This document shows, piece after piece, positions 19,657-28,430 of a stretch of 64,000 nucleotides of DNA; position 1 is the first letter of the stretch; every line of letters begins with the position of its first letter. Position numbers and translations under genes: made by a program. This DNA is from an uncultured Acidobacteriaceae bacterium (GTDB lineage Bacteria; Acidobacteriota; Terriglobia; Terriglobales; Acidobacteriaceae). The DNA lies in the NCBI GenBank assembly GCA_964246845.1, contig CAXTSB010000001.1, forward strand, positions 9,366 to 73,365, written 5' to 3'. Below the pieces are notes generated by a model. The model was not told the DNA's origin and did no database searches. It saw nothing but the letters and a program-made list of their open reading frames with translations.

Positions 19657-19759
19657 GTCATCCTGAGTGCAGCGAAGGATCTGTTGTTTGCCCGCATCGT
19701 GAAGAAAGCGGATCCTTCATTTCATTCAGGGTGACACCTACGTATGGGTTCAGGATGAC
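19657..19759. repeat. Nested palindromic REP-like element in the hisC-hisB spacer
   Basis: GTCATCCTGAG (19657-19667) pairs with TCAGGATGAC (19750-19759) and imperfectly with TCAGGGTGAC (19726-19735). GAAGGATC (19674-19681) pairs with GATCCTTC (19711-19718). Confidence 0.7.
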
Positions 19760-19791
19760 CCCTTGCAAGCCCAGGACGACACCGCTTCCGT

Positions 19792-20880
19792 TCAGCTTTT
19801 TTGGGAACCATGCAGCGCGGCCCGGAGCGCGTCGTGCGCCGCGCGCATCTGTTCGCGCGTGCCCACGGTGACGCGCACGCAGCCGTCGCAGCCGGGGTCG
19901 GCGGAGCGGTCGCGGACCAGCACACCGCGATCGTGCATCGCCCGGGTAAACTCCCGATGCGCGGGACCGACCTCAAGCAGGACAAAGTTTGCCTCCGAAG
20001 GCCAAGCGTGGATGCCGAGTTCGTCGCAGACGGCATGAAGCTCGGCGCGGGCGGCCCGCACCTCACCGACATACCAGTTCAAATACTGCGTATCTTCAAG
20101 CGCGGCGGGCAGGCAGGCCAGCGCGAGTGTGTTGACGCTGTACGGCGAGATCACGCGCCGAAGCCAGCGCATCACGTTTTCGCCCGCGGCGAGCAGGCCC
20201 AAACGCAGCCCGGCCAATCCGTAGGCTTTTGAGAAGGTGCGCGCGACCACCAGGTTCGGAAACGCGCTGAGATCGTCCACAACCGTTTCGCCGTGGAAAT
20301 GAAAGTAGGCTTCGTCGGCCAGCACGATACTGTGCGGGGCTTGCTTGGCGATGGTGAGGATTTGCCCGCGCGGGACAGCGGTCCCGGTGGGGCTGTTCGG
20401 GTTGGCGAGCGCGATCAAACGGGTGCGCGGGGTAACGGCTTTGAGGACTTGCTCAAACGGAAAGGCCCAGTCCTTGCGCGAAGCCTGCACGGAAACGATG
20501 CGCGCATCGGCGGATGACGCGTACACCTCGTACATGGAGTACGTGGGCACCGGCAGCAGGATCTCATCGCCAGGGTCGAGAAACGCCTGGCACAGCACGT
20601 GGATGGCCTCATCGACGCCGTTGGTGAGCAGGGCCTGCTCGGGCCGGAGGCCCAGGTGCCGGGCGGCGAGCGCTTCCACGGGGCCGCGCTCGGGGTAGCG
20701 GGTCAGCGCGCCCGCGGTAACGGCTTGGAGCGCTTCAGCCACGCGCGGCGAGCAGGCCAGGGTGTTCTCGTTGAAGTCGAGCCGGAGCCCGTCGCGGCAG
20801 CCGAGCGGCGGGTGGTATTCCTTCATGCGTTCCACCGCCGGGCGGGGTCTCGGAGCGCTTCCGTATGGTGGTCCGCTCAC
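19792..20880 (-). CDS. hisC: Histidinol-phosphate aminotransferase HisC
   Basis: NPNSPTG and TFSKAYGLAGLRLG (PLP lysine motif). GTG start forms a GTGA overlap with the hisD stop. Alternative ATG at 20826. Confidence 0.9.
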   Translation of the reverse strand: MSGPPYGSAPRPRPAVERMKEYHPPLGCRDGLRLDFNENTLACSPRVAEALQAVTAGALTRYPERGPVEALAARHLGLRPEQALLTNGVDEAIHVLCQAFLDPGDEILLPVPTYSMYEVYASSADARIVSVQASRKDWAFPFEQVLKAVTPRTRLIALANPNSPTGTAVPRGQILTIAKQAPHSIVLADEAYFHFHGETVVDDLSAFPNLVVARTFSKAYGLAGLRLGLLAAGENVMRWLRRVISPYSVNTLALACLPAALEDTQYLNWYVGEVRAARAELHAVCDELGIHAWPSEANFVLLEVGPAHREFTRAMHDRGVLVRDRSADPGCDGCVRVTVGTREQMRAAHDALRAALHGSQKS

Positions 20881-22142
20881 GCCATCACGCCCCGCGCGCG
20901 CACAGCTTCAGCGTGGCCGGTCAGCCCTTCGGCTTCGGCGATGCGGACCGCGGCGGGCCCAAGCGTTTGCAGCCCGGCCTCGGTGTACTCCTGCACGGTA
21001 ATGAGCTTGAGGTAGTCGTACACGCTCAGGCCGCCGCGCAGGCGCGCCTCGCCGCTTGTGGGCAGGGTGTGGTTGGGGCCGGACACATAGTCGCCCATGG
21101 GCTGCGGGCTCCAGCGGCCGATGAACACCGAACCGGCGTGCCGCACCCAGGCGAGGTCCTCGGCGGAGTCGACGGTCAGGTGCTCGCCGGCCAGATCGTT
21201 TGTGATTGCGCGCGCTTCATCGAGCGAGCCCGCGACGACGGCCACCCCGGCGCGTTCGAGCGAAAGTGCCGCGGTCGGGTTCGCCTTGGCCTGCCGCTTG
21301 GTTTCAGCAACGACGCGCCGGGCGAGCTCTGCTTTGGTCGTGACAAAGATCGCGACCGCGTCCGGGTCGTGCTCGGACTGCGCAACCAGGTCGGCGGCGA
21401 TCTCTTGAGGCAAGCCGATTTCGCTCGCGACCACGATCTCGGTGGGACCAGCCAGCATGTCGATCGAGGCGTCGAAAGCGACCAGCTTTTTCGCGGCCGT
21501 CACATAGGCATTGCCCGGCCCGACGATCTTGTCCACGCGCGGGATCGTGTCGGTTCCGTAGGCCAGCGCCGCCACGGCCTGCGCGCCGCCCACCCGATAG
21601 AACTCGGTAATGCCGAGCAGGGCGGCGGCAGCCAGCACTTCCGGCGCGGGCTTGGGACTGACCGCGACGATCCGATGCACGCCCGCGACCTGCGCGGGAA
21701 TTGCGGTCATCAGCAGCGTCGAGGGCAGGGGATGGCGGCCCGACGGCACATAGCAGCCGACCGAGTCGAGCGGGCGCACCCGCTGGCCGACCCGCAACCC
21801 AAGCGAGGGCTCGAAATCCCAATCCCGCGGCATCTGCTTTTCCGCGAACGCGCGGATGTTCGCCGCCGCGGTTTCGAGCGCATTGCGCATGCCGGTGGGC
21901 AGGGCGGCCAGCGCCATCCGCATGTCTGTTTGCTCAATTCGCAAGGCGGCTTTTGCGGGCAGGCCGTCGAGCTTCGCGGCCCAAGTGCGGAGGGCCTTGT
22001 CGCCGTCCTTGCGGACCGCGCGCACGATGCGCTCGGCCGCGGGCGCAACGCGAGCATCCAGCGCCGTGCCGCGCCGCGCCAATTGCGCCACCCGAGCGCG
22101 GCCCCGTCGGCCGCCTAGGCCTGTGGTGCGGAGGATTTCCAT
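20877..22142 (-). CDS. hisD: Histidinol dehydrogenase HisD
   Basis: Conserved HisD core (AGPTEIVV, SEHDPDA). Start set at MEILRTTGL (CAT at 22140-22142), giving 421 aa. The track ORF reaching 22448 is an unsupported extension. Confidence 0.9.
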   Translation of the reverse strand: MEILRTTGLGGRRGRARVAQLARRGTALDARVAPAAERIVRAVRKDGDKALRTWAAKLDGLPAKAALRIEQTDMRMALAALPTGMRNALETAAANIRAFAEKQMPRDWDFEPSLGLRVGQRVRPLDSVGCYVPSGRHPLPSTLLMTAIPAQVAGVHRIVAVSPKPAPEVLAAAALLGITEFYRVGGAQAVAALAYGTDTIPRVDKIVGPGNAYVTAAKKLVAFDASIDMLAGPTEIVVASEIGLPQEIAADLVAQSEHDPDAVAIFVTTKAELARRVVAETKRQAKANPTAALSLERAGVAVVAGSLDEARAITNDLAGEHLTVDSAEDLAWVRHAGSVFIGRWSPQPMGDYVSGPNHTLPTSGEARLRGGLSVYDYLKLITVQEYTEAGLQTLGPAAVRIAEAEGLTGHAEAVRARGVMA

Positions 22143-22909
22143 GCGTGCTCCTGCATTCGAAGAAAGTCGGCGATCATGCTGTTGATCTGCTCCGGCACTT
22201 CGACGGTCGCGAAGTGTCCGGAACCCAGGGTTTGCGCGCTGAGGAGCTGCGGCGTGAGCTCGCTGAAACGCTCGAGGTCGAGCAGCGGCATGTGCGCATG
22301 GATATACGCCGCGGGCACACGGCACCGGGCGGCGGCGGGGGCCGCGTCCCAGCGTGTCACATGGTGCGGCCAGGCTGAGGCCAGTACATGCCGCGGACAG
22401 TGCAGCGAGGCAATCAACCGCGATGCATGTTTGTCCATCGGCAGGCACAAAGGCGCGAGCGCCGCTTGCCAGGCGGAACGCCAGTCTTCCCCTTGCAAGG
22501 CTTGCTCAAGCGCGAGCAGGGAAGCGCGGGCGGACTCGGGCGGGAACAGGCACGAATCGATCAGCACGAGCAAGGACAACAGCCGCGGATGCCGGGCGGC
22601 AAGCTCCAGCGCTGCATTGCCGCCCATGCTGTGGCCCACCACGACCGGCTTCTTGAGGGCGAGCTCCGCTGAAAGCCACGCAAGGTCATCCGCGAAGCCG
22701 GCCATCGTATATTCCTGGTGCGGCGCATCGCTTTCACCATGGCCGCGCAGGTCGACCGCAAACACGCGGTGTGTACGTCGGAACCGCTCAACCTGCGGTG
22801 CGAACACCGTATGGTCGAAGCCGCACCCGTGAACCAGCAGCATCGGAGGGAGATCCCCTCCTGTGTCTTCAAACGCCAAGGCTATGCCGTCGTGCTTCAA
22901 CGACAGCAT
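22115..22909 (-). CDS. Alpha/beta-fold hydrolase embedded in the his operon
   Basis: LLVHGCG, nucleophile elbow GHSMGG and C-terminal GSGHF. Start at MLSLKHDG (22909). The 3' end overlaps the hisD start by 28 nt. Confidence 0.85.
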   Translation of the reverse strand: MLSLKHDGIALAFEDTGGDLPPMLLVHGCGFDHTVFAPQVERFRRTHRVFAVDLRGHGESDAPHQEYTMAGFADDLAWLSAELALKKPVVVGHSMGGNAALELAARHPRLLSLLVLIDSCLFPPESARASLLALEQALQGEDWRSAWQAALAPLCLPMDKHASRLIASLHCPRHVLASAWPHHVTRWDAAPAAARCRVPAAYIHAHMPLLDLERFSELTPQLLSAQTLGSGHFATVEVPEQINSMIADFLRMQEHAWKSSAPQA

Positions 22910-22928
22910 GGTAAGCACCCTTTCGGCA

Positions 22929-23801
22929 CTATAAAACCACCTTATTGAGCGGATACTCCACAATCCCTGTTGCCCCGGCGGCTTTGAGCTTCGGGATCAC
23001 ATCGCGCACCGTGCCCTCTTCCAAGATCGTATTCACCGCCGACCAGCCTTGCTCGCTGAGCGAGGACACGGTAGGCGAGTTGAGCGCGGGCAGCACGGCG
23101 AGCACCTCCGCGAGCCGGTCGCGGTGGACGTTCAGCATCAGCCCCACCTGGCCTTGCGCGTCGATCGCGCCGCGCAGCATCAGGGCGAGCGTGTCGACCT
23201 TGGCGCGCTTCCACCCGTCCCGCGCGGCGGCGGAGTTCACGATCAGCCGCGTTTCCGACTCCATGACGGTATCCAGAATGCGGAGCCGGTTGGCGCGCAG
23301 GCTGGAGCCGGTTTCGGTGATTTCGACGATGGCGTCGGCCAGCATGGGCGGTTTCACCTCGGTCGCGCCCCAGGAAAATTCCACCTTCACGGGCACGTTC
23401 TTGCCCGCGAAGTAGCGCTTTGTGACCTCGACCAGCTCGGTCGCGATCGTCTTGCCGGCCAGGTCTTCGGCGCGTTGGTAGGGCGAGTCCTCGGGCGCGG
23501 CCAGCACCCACTTGACCCGGCGGCGGCTTTGCTTCGCGTACACCAGCGCACAGATGCTTTCCACCTCCAGCCCGCTTTCGACCACCCAGTCAATGCCGGT
23601 CAGCCCCGCGTCGAGCACGCCCCCATGCACATAGCGCGCCATCTCCTGCGCGCGGATCAGCATGCACTCAATCTCGGGGTCGTCGATCTCGGGGAAGTAC
23701 GAGCGGCCGTTCGCATAAATGTTCCAGCCGGCCTTGCGGAACAGGTCGATGGTCGCGTCCTGGAGCGAACCCTTGGGAATGCCGAGCCGCAGCTTGCTCA
23801 C
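22929..23801 (-). CDS. hisG: ATP phosphoribosyltransferase HisG (long form)
   Basis: [28 protein letters not shown] start at 23801 forms a GTGA overlap with the hisI stop. Length is about 290 aa. Confidence 0.9.
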   Translation of the reverse strand: MSKLRLGIPKGSLQDATIDLFRKAGWNIYANGRSYFPEIDDPEIECMLIRAQEMARYVHGGVLDAGLTGIDWVVESGLEVESICALVYAKQSRRRVKWVLAAPEDSPYQRAEDLAGKTIATELVEVTKRYFAGKNVPVKVEFSWGATEVKPPMLADAIVEITETGSSLRANRLRILDTVMESETRLIVNSAAARDGWKRAKVDTLALMLRGAIDAQGQVGLMLNVHRDRLAEVLAVLPALNSPTVSSLSEQGWSAVNTILEEGTVRDVIPKLKAAGATGIVEYPLNKVVL

Positions 23802-24133
23802 GCGGGTACCTCCAGCGGCCGCGTGAAGCAGCTCACCGTACCCTCGTGGCACACCAGGCCGTCGCCCTCCACCTGGACGCGGAACAAGAGTGTATCCCGG
23901 TCGCAGTCGGTCGCGGCGGTGACGACGCGGAGGCGGTTGCCGCTGGTTTCCCCCTTGGCCCACAGCTTTTGCCGGGTGCGGCTCCAAAACGTGACATAGC
24001 CGGTTTCCCGGGTGCGGCGCCAGCTTTCCTCGTTCAGGAAGCCGGTCATCAGGACCTCGCCTGTGTGCGCGTCCTGCACGATGCCGGGCACGAGGCCGTC
24101 CATTTTGCCGAAGTCGAGCGTTGCGTCCTGCAT
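23798..24133 (-). CDS. hisI: Phosphoribosyl-AMP cyclohydrolase HisI (monofunctional, no HisE domain)
   Basis: GLVPGIVQD...[20 protein letters not shown]...DCDRDTLL...CH. Confidence 0.9.
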   Translation of the reverse strand: MQDATLDFGKMDGLVPGIVQDAHTGEVLMTGFLNEESWRRTRETGYVTFWSRTRQKLWAKGETSGNRLRVVTAATDCDRDTLLFRVQVEGDGLVCHEGTVSCFTRPLEVPA

Positions 24134-24156
24134 CCAAGCCTTTCACACAAATAGGA

Positions 24157-24182
24157 AAGCCCGCCTTGTCCGGGGCGGGCTT
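24157..24182 (-). terminator. Terminator/attenuator-like hairpin immediately upstream of hisI
   Basis: 9-bp stem AAGCCCGCC/GGCGGGCTT with an 8-nt loop. On the minus strand it is followed by TTTCCTATTTGTGTG and lies about 24 nt before the hisI ATG. Confidence 0.5.
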
Positions 24183-24206
24183 CGGTCCTGCTTTGCTTGC
24201 GCAGAC

Positions 24207-24290
24207 TTACCGGGCCGCCGGGATGTGCAAGCGCGCATGATGACGGTAGGACATGGCCCTACGCTAACGGGCAAGCGCGGGGGGTGTCAA
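24207..24290 (-). promoter_or_regulatory. Candidate his leader: TTGACA -35 (24285-24290), TAGCGT -10-like (24261-24266) and a 15-codon ORF MSYRHHARLHIPAAR (24207-24254)
   Basis: Read directly on the minus strand. 3 of 15 codons are His. Only weak resemblance to classical His-rich leaders. Confidence 0.3.
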
Positions 24291-24348
24291 GAACGCGCGG
24301 GGAGCCGAATCGGATAGCATCGCGTATGCCCCCGCGGCGACCCGCACG

Positions 24349-24924
24349 ATGAGCCAGCTTCGCGCAGCGCCCAACCAGTTGACCTTCCTGCGCCTGTGCC
24401 TGGTGCCGTTTCTGCTGCTGGCGGTGCTGGAAAGCCACTGGATCGCGGCGTTCACGCTGTTGGTCATCGCCGGCATATCCGACGGACTGGACGGCCTTCT
24501 GGCGCGGGTGCTGAAGCAGCGGACCACCCTTGGCATGTACCTGGACCCGGTTGCGGACAAGCTGCTGCTTTCTTCCCTGTTCCTCACCTTGACGCATGTC
24601 GGCCTGGTTTCGCGGCGGGTGACGCTGCTGGTGTTCGCGCGCGACTTCGGGATTTTGGTGATCGGCGCGCTCCTGTTCGCGACGGTGGGCTTGCGCAACT
24701 TCCGGCCGAGCGTTTTCGGCAAAGCCAATACGCTGGTGCAGATCATCGCGGTCATTGCCGTGCTCCTGGCGCAGATCGCCCCTTGGATGCCCGTGCTGTG
24801 GCTGCGGCACTGGGCATTGGCGGGCACGGCCGCGCTGGCCTGCGTTTCCGGCTTTGACTACGCGCTTAAAATGGCGCGGCGTCTCAACGGGGCCGCCGCC
24901 CAGGCTCCGGCACCAGGAGATTAG
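24349..24924 (+). CDS. pgsA: CDP-alcohol phosphatidyltransferase (PgsA-like)
   Basis: Motif DGLDGLLARVLKQRTTLGMYLDPVADK, matching D-x2-DG-x2-AR-x8-G-x3-D-x3-D. Multiple TM segments. Confidence 0.85.
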   Translation: MSQLRAAPNQLTFLRLCLVPFLLLAVLESHWIAAFTLLVIAGISDGLDGLLARVLKQRTTLGMYLDPVADKLLLSSLFLTLTHVGLVSRRVTLLVFARDFGILVIGALLFATVGLRNFRPSVFGKANTLVQIIAVIAVLLAQIAPWMPVLWLRHWALAGTAALACVSGFDYALKMARRLNGAAAQAPAPGD

Positions 24925-25094
24925 TCCGCCTCGGCATCCTCGGGCTTCGCCGCGAGGCCGGTTTTCTCCTCGATCTCCATATCTCGGAACTCGTCGGAGT
25001 CGAAAACCTCGCCGCAATCCTGGCACTCGACAAACTCCGCATCGTCCTGGCGGGAAACGACGCGCACGTGGGGGTGTTTGCACGGTATCGGCAT
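24921..25094 (-). CDS. Small acidic zinc-ribbon-like protein (57 aa)
   Basis: MPIPCKHPHV...ECQDCGEVF (C-x-H-x-H ... C-x2-C) with an acidic tail. Start CAT at 25092-25094. Confidence 0.45.
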   Translation of the reverse strand: MPIPCKHPHVRVVSRQDDAEFVECQDCGEVFDSDEFRDMEIEEKTGLAAKPEDAEAD

Positions 25095-25278
25095 GGCGTT
25101 CTGAGCGCGGGACGAGCCTCCATCCGCTGCGGGCCCGCTTGCTCGTGATTGTAGCGCCAGGGCTGTTCCGGTCCAAGAGCCTTTCCGCCGGGCCCGTGTC
25201 GGAGCTTGGATAAGAATTATCAACAAAACGGCCGGGGAGCATTGCCGGGCCCGGAAGCGGCTCCTATACTGGAAAAAC

Positions 25279-25725
25279 ATGCTGCGGCTGACCAAAAAAG
25301 CTGATTACGGGTTGATGGCGCTCAAGTACCTGGCCGAGCACCCCGCGTCTCCCGCCGTGAGCGCGAAGGATATCGCGGAGGCGTACCATATCCCGCCGCA
25401 GCTGCTCGCGAAGATTCTACAGCGGCTGGCCAAGGTGGGGCTGGTGCGGTCTTCGGCCGGCACCAACGGCGGCTACGCGCTGGTGCGCGCCGCGGGCGAG
25501 ATCAGCGCGTTCGAGGTCATCCGCGCGGTGGACGGCCCCTTGTTTTTGACCGCGTGCAGCTCCGGCCCGCGCCCTTGCGACTTGAACGACAGCTGCACCA
25601 TCAAAGAACCGATGGCGCGGGTGAACGAGTCGATCACCGAACTGCTTCAAAACATCCGCATCGGCGACCTGGTCGACAGCACCCCCAAACCCATGCCGGA
25701 AGCCCTGGTGTCCATCCGGATGTAG
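25279..25725 (+). CDS. iscR: Rrf2 family transcriptional regulator (IscR-like)
   Basis: MLRLTKKADYGLMALKYLAEH, plus three Cys in LTACSSGPRPCDLNDSC. Sits at the head of the isc operon. Confidence 0.88.
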   Translation: MLRLTKKADYGLMALKYLAEHPASPAVSAKDIAEAYHIPPQLLAKILQRLAKVGLVRSSAGTNGGYALVRAAGEISAFEVIRAVDGPLFLTACSSGPRPCDLNDSCTIKEPMARVNESITELLQNIRIGDLVDSTPKPMPEALVSIRM

Positions 25726-25754
25726 CGCCCGAGTTTCGGTTTCCCTCTTGAGAA

Positions 25755-27098
25755 GTGGAGAGCAAGATGAGCACAGCAACAGTCAACCCGATGGTCGAAA
25801 ACCCGCCTCTCAACGCGCCCGAAGGCGATCAGATCGTCCCGGCGGTCACAGGTTTTGCCGGAACAACCCCGCACGGCGTCAAGCTGCCCATTTACATGGA
25901 CAACCACGCGACAACCCCCATGGACCCGCGCGTGCTTGAGGTGATGACGCCTTACTTCACGGGCAAGTTCGGCAATGCCGCGAGCCGCAATCACGGCTTC
26001 GGCTGGGAAGCCGAGCAAGGCGTGGAGCACGCCCGCGAGCAGATCGCGAAGTTGATCGGCGCGACCGCGAAGGAGATCATCTTCACCTCCGGCGCGACCG
26101 AGTCGAACAACCTGGCGATTAAGGGCATCGCCGAGATGTACCGCGAGCGCGGCAACCACATCATCACGCAGGTGAGCGAGCACAAGGCGGTGCTGGACAC
26201 CTGCAAGCGCCTGGAAAAGTCCGGCTACAAGGTGACGTACCTGCCGGTGCAGGCCGACGGGCTCGTCTCGCTCGACGACCTGAAAGCCGCGATGACGGAC
26301 AAAACCATCCTGGTCACCATCATGTGGGCCAACAACGAGATCGGCGTCATGCAGCCGATCCGCGAAATCGGCGCATTGTGCCATGAGCGCGGGGTGATCT
26401 TCCACACGGACGGCGTGCAGGTGTTCGGCAAGGTGCCGGTGGATGTGGTGAAGGACAATGTGGACGTGATGTCGTTCACGGCGCACAAGATTTACGGGCC
26501 TAAGGGCGTGGGCGCGCTCTATGTGCGGCGGCGCAACCCGCGCGTGCAGATCTCCGAGCAGATCAACGGCGGCGGGCACGAGCGCGGGATGCGTTCGGGC
26601 ACCCTGAACGTGCCGGGGATCGTCGGCTTCGGCAAGGCGGCCGAGATCGCCGGGCAGGAGATGGCGGCCGAGGCTTCGCGCCAGCTTGCCTTGCGGACGA
26701 AGCTGCAGCACAAGTTGGAAGCGGCGCTTGACTACGTCCACATCAACGGCACGATGGAGCCCGGCAAGCGTTTGCCCGGCAACCTGAATATGAGCTTTGT
26801 GTACGTCGAGGGTGAGAGCTTGCTGATGGGCATCAACGATATCGCGGTTTCGAGCGGTTCGGCCTGCACCTCGGCGACGCTTGAGCCATCGTATGTGTTG
26901 AAGGCGCTCGGGTTGGGTGACGACGTGGCGCACTCCTCCATCCGGTTCGGTCTGGGGCGGTTTAACACGGAGGCCGAGGTGGACTACGTGGCCGACAAGC
27001 TGATCGACGTAGTGTTGAAGCTGCGGGAGCTGTCGCCGCTGTACGAGATGGTGAAGGAAGGGATTGACCTGACCAAGATTGAGTGGGCGGCGCACTAG
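25755..27098 (+). CDS. iscS: Cysteine desulfurase IscS/NifS family
   Basis: [31 protein letters not shown] (PLP Lys) and SSGSACTS (catalytic Cys). The N-terminal extension of about 40 aa makes the start uncertain (25755, 25770 or 25791). Confidence 0.93.
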   Translation: MESKMSTATVNPMVENPPLNAPEGDQIVPAVTGFAGTTPHGVKLPIYMDNHATTPMDPRVLEVMTPYFTGKFGNAASRNHGFGWEAEQGVEHAREQIAKLIGATAKEIIFTSGATESNNLAIKGIAEMYRERGNHIITQVSEHKAVLDTCKRLEKSGYKVTYLPVQADGLVSLDDLKAAMTDKTILVTIMWANNEIGVMQPIREIGALCHERGVIFHTDGVQVFGKVPVDVVKDNVDVMSFTAHKIYGPKGVGALYVRRRNPRVQISEQINGGGHERGMRSGTLNVPGIVGFGKAAEIAGQEMAAEASRQLALRTKLQHKLEAALDYVHINGTMEPGKRLPGNLNMSFVYVEGESLLMGINDIAVSSGSACTSATLEPSYVLKALGLGDDVAHSSIRFGLGRFNTEAEVDYVADKLIDVVLKLRELSPLYEMVKEGIDLTKIEWAAH

Positions 27099-27107
27099 AA
27101 GGACAGC

Positions 27108-27245
27108 ATGGCAGGTTCAAGTAAGCGGGCTGCCGGCGCGTTTCCGGCATTTCTGGCAGGTGTGGGTTTGATCGTAGCTGCTGAGTTGTTCCGGATCGGC
27201 CTGGGGCGGCTCGCAAAACAAAAGTTCGGCACCAAGGGAGAGTGA
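27108..27245 (+). CDS. Possible 45-aa single-TM protein filling the iscS-iscU spacer
   Basis: ATG at 27108 preceded by GAAGGA. Sequence MAGSSKRAAGAFPAFLAGVGLIVAAELFRIGLGRLAKQKFGTKGE. Stop at 27243-27245, 1 nt before the iscU ATG. Below the ORF-track size cutoff. Confidence 0.4.
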   Translation: MAGSSKRAAGAFPAFLAGVGLIVAAELFRIGLGRLAKQKFGTKGE

Positions 27246-27246
27246 C

Positions 27247-27672
27247 ATGGCATACAGCGATAAGGTAGTGGATCACTACAGCAATCCCCGCAATGTGGGC
27301 ACGCTTGACAAAAGCTCGACCGAGGTCGGTACGGGCCTGGTGGGCGCGCCGGAGTGCGGCGACGTGATGCGCCTTCAGATCAAGGTGAATCCCGAAACGC
27401 AGGTCATCGAGGAAGCCAAGTTCAAGACCTTCGGCTGCGGCTCGGCGATCGCATCGAGCTCGCTCGCGACCGAGTGGGTAAAAGGCAAGACCGTGGCCGA
27501 GGCGCTGACGATCTCGAACACGGACATCGTAAAGGAGCTCGCGCTGCCGCCCGTGAAGATTCACTGCTCGGTGCTGGCAGAAGATGCGATCCGCGCGGCG
27601 ATTGGGGACTGGAAGGCGAAGAACGGCGTGAGCGAGGGAGCCGAGGCGGCGCAGCCGGTCGCGACCGCGTAG
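27247..27672 (+). CDS. iscU: Fe-S cluster scaffold IscU
   Basis: YSDKVVDHYSNPRNVG, GAPECGDVM, FKTFGCGSAIASSS and IHCSVLAEDAI. Confidence 0.95.
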   Translation: MAYSDKVVDHYSNPRNVGTLDKSSTEVGTGLVGAPECGDVMRLQIKVNPETQVIEEAKFKTFGCGSAIASSSLATEWVKGKTVAEALTISNTDIVKELALPPVKIHCSVLAEDAIRAAIGDWKAKNGVSEGAEAAQPVATA

Positions 27673-27679
27673 GAAGCGC

Positions 27680-28033
27680 ATGAAGGAAGAAAAGGGCACA
27701 AGTTGGGTCGCGGACGCACGCAAACTCCTCCAGGATTTTGTGGCACCGGAGTTGCGCGCGATTTCCGCGCGCCTGGATGCAGCTGACAGGCAAGACATAG
27801 AGCGCGACAAGGTCGCGGCGGAACGGCATTCCGCACTGCTCGACATGCTGGCGCAGCGCGACAAGGTTGCGGAAGAGCGGCATGCCCTTCTGCTTGAGAA
27901 AATAGAGGGCGGGCGTCGTGAACTGGAAAGCGCCCGCCGCGAAATTCTTTTGCAAGTAGAGCTTGCCATCGCGAAAGCCCGGCTGGGCGAGCAGCCGGTG
28001 AGCCGCAGCGAAGCACCTCCACCTACCCAATAG
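27680..28033 (+). CDS. Small coiled-coil protein (117 aa), paralog of 31367-31681
   Basis: AGGAAG RBS. Heptad-like charged sequence. N-terminal motif ARKLLQDFVAPELRAISARL. Packed between iscU (7-nt gap) and iscA (13-nt gap). Confidence 0.65.
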   Translation: MKEEKGTSWVADARKLLQDFVAPELRAISARLDAADRQDIERDKVAAERHSALLDMLAQRDKVAEERHALLLEKIEGGRRELESARREILLQVELAIAKARLGEQPVSRSEAPPPTQ

Positions 28034-28046
28034 ATACGAGAACTTA

Positions 28047-28430
28047 ATGGCCACACTTCCCGCGACACTTCAACCCGAAAACCTGCCCGCCAACCAGAAG
28101 GGCATCGAAGTCACTCCGCGCGCCCTCGGGCGTATCCGCGCGGCCATGGCGAAGGAGGGCATCGCGCCCACCGAGGGCGGTCTGCGGCTCGGCATCCAGG
28201 GCGGCGGCTGCTCGGGACTTTCCTATAACATTCGCTTCGATACCCAGCCTCGTGAGCGCGATCGGATATATCAATTTGACGATATCCGCATCTTTGTCGA
28301 CCCCAAATCCTTCCTGTACCTGCACGGCATGATCCTGGACTACGAGGAAACGCTGATGCGCCAGGGCTTCAACTTCATCAACCCGCACTCGACCAAGTCC
28401 TGCGGGTGCGGGTCGTCGTTTTCAGCTTGA
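28047..28430 (+). CDS. iscA: Iron-sulfur cluster insertion protein IscA/HesB family
   Basis: LRLGIQGGGCSGLSY and C-terminal CGCGSSF. Confidence 0.92.
   Translation: MATLPATLQPENLPANQKGIEVTPRALGRIRAAMAKEGIAPTEGGLRLGIQGGGCSGLSYNIRFDTQPRERDRIYQFDDIRIFVDPKSFLYLHGMILDYEETLMRQGFNFINPHSTKSCGCGSSFSA

Noticed and set aside
22143-22448. 102-codon N-terminal extension of the hisD ORF
   Set aside because: The extension is Ala/Arg/Pro-rich junk that overlaps the alpha/beta hydrolase gene. Canonical HisD length and N-terminus are obtained from the ATG at 22142.
22929-24146. Single 405-aa ORF spanning the hisG and hisI regions
   Set aside because: Only the C-terminal 290 aa (from GTG 23801) are HisG. The upstream part is an Arg/Pro/Gly-rich read-through overlapping the genuine hisI gene, which lies in another frame (23798-24133).
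24259-25242. 327-aa minus-strand ORF
   Set aside because: It lies antisense to the pgsA-like gene, which has the CDP-alcohol phosphatidyltransferase motif, and is Arg/Gly/Pro-rich. Only the short 57-aa frame at 24921-25094 is considered a possible gene.
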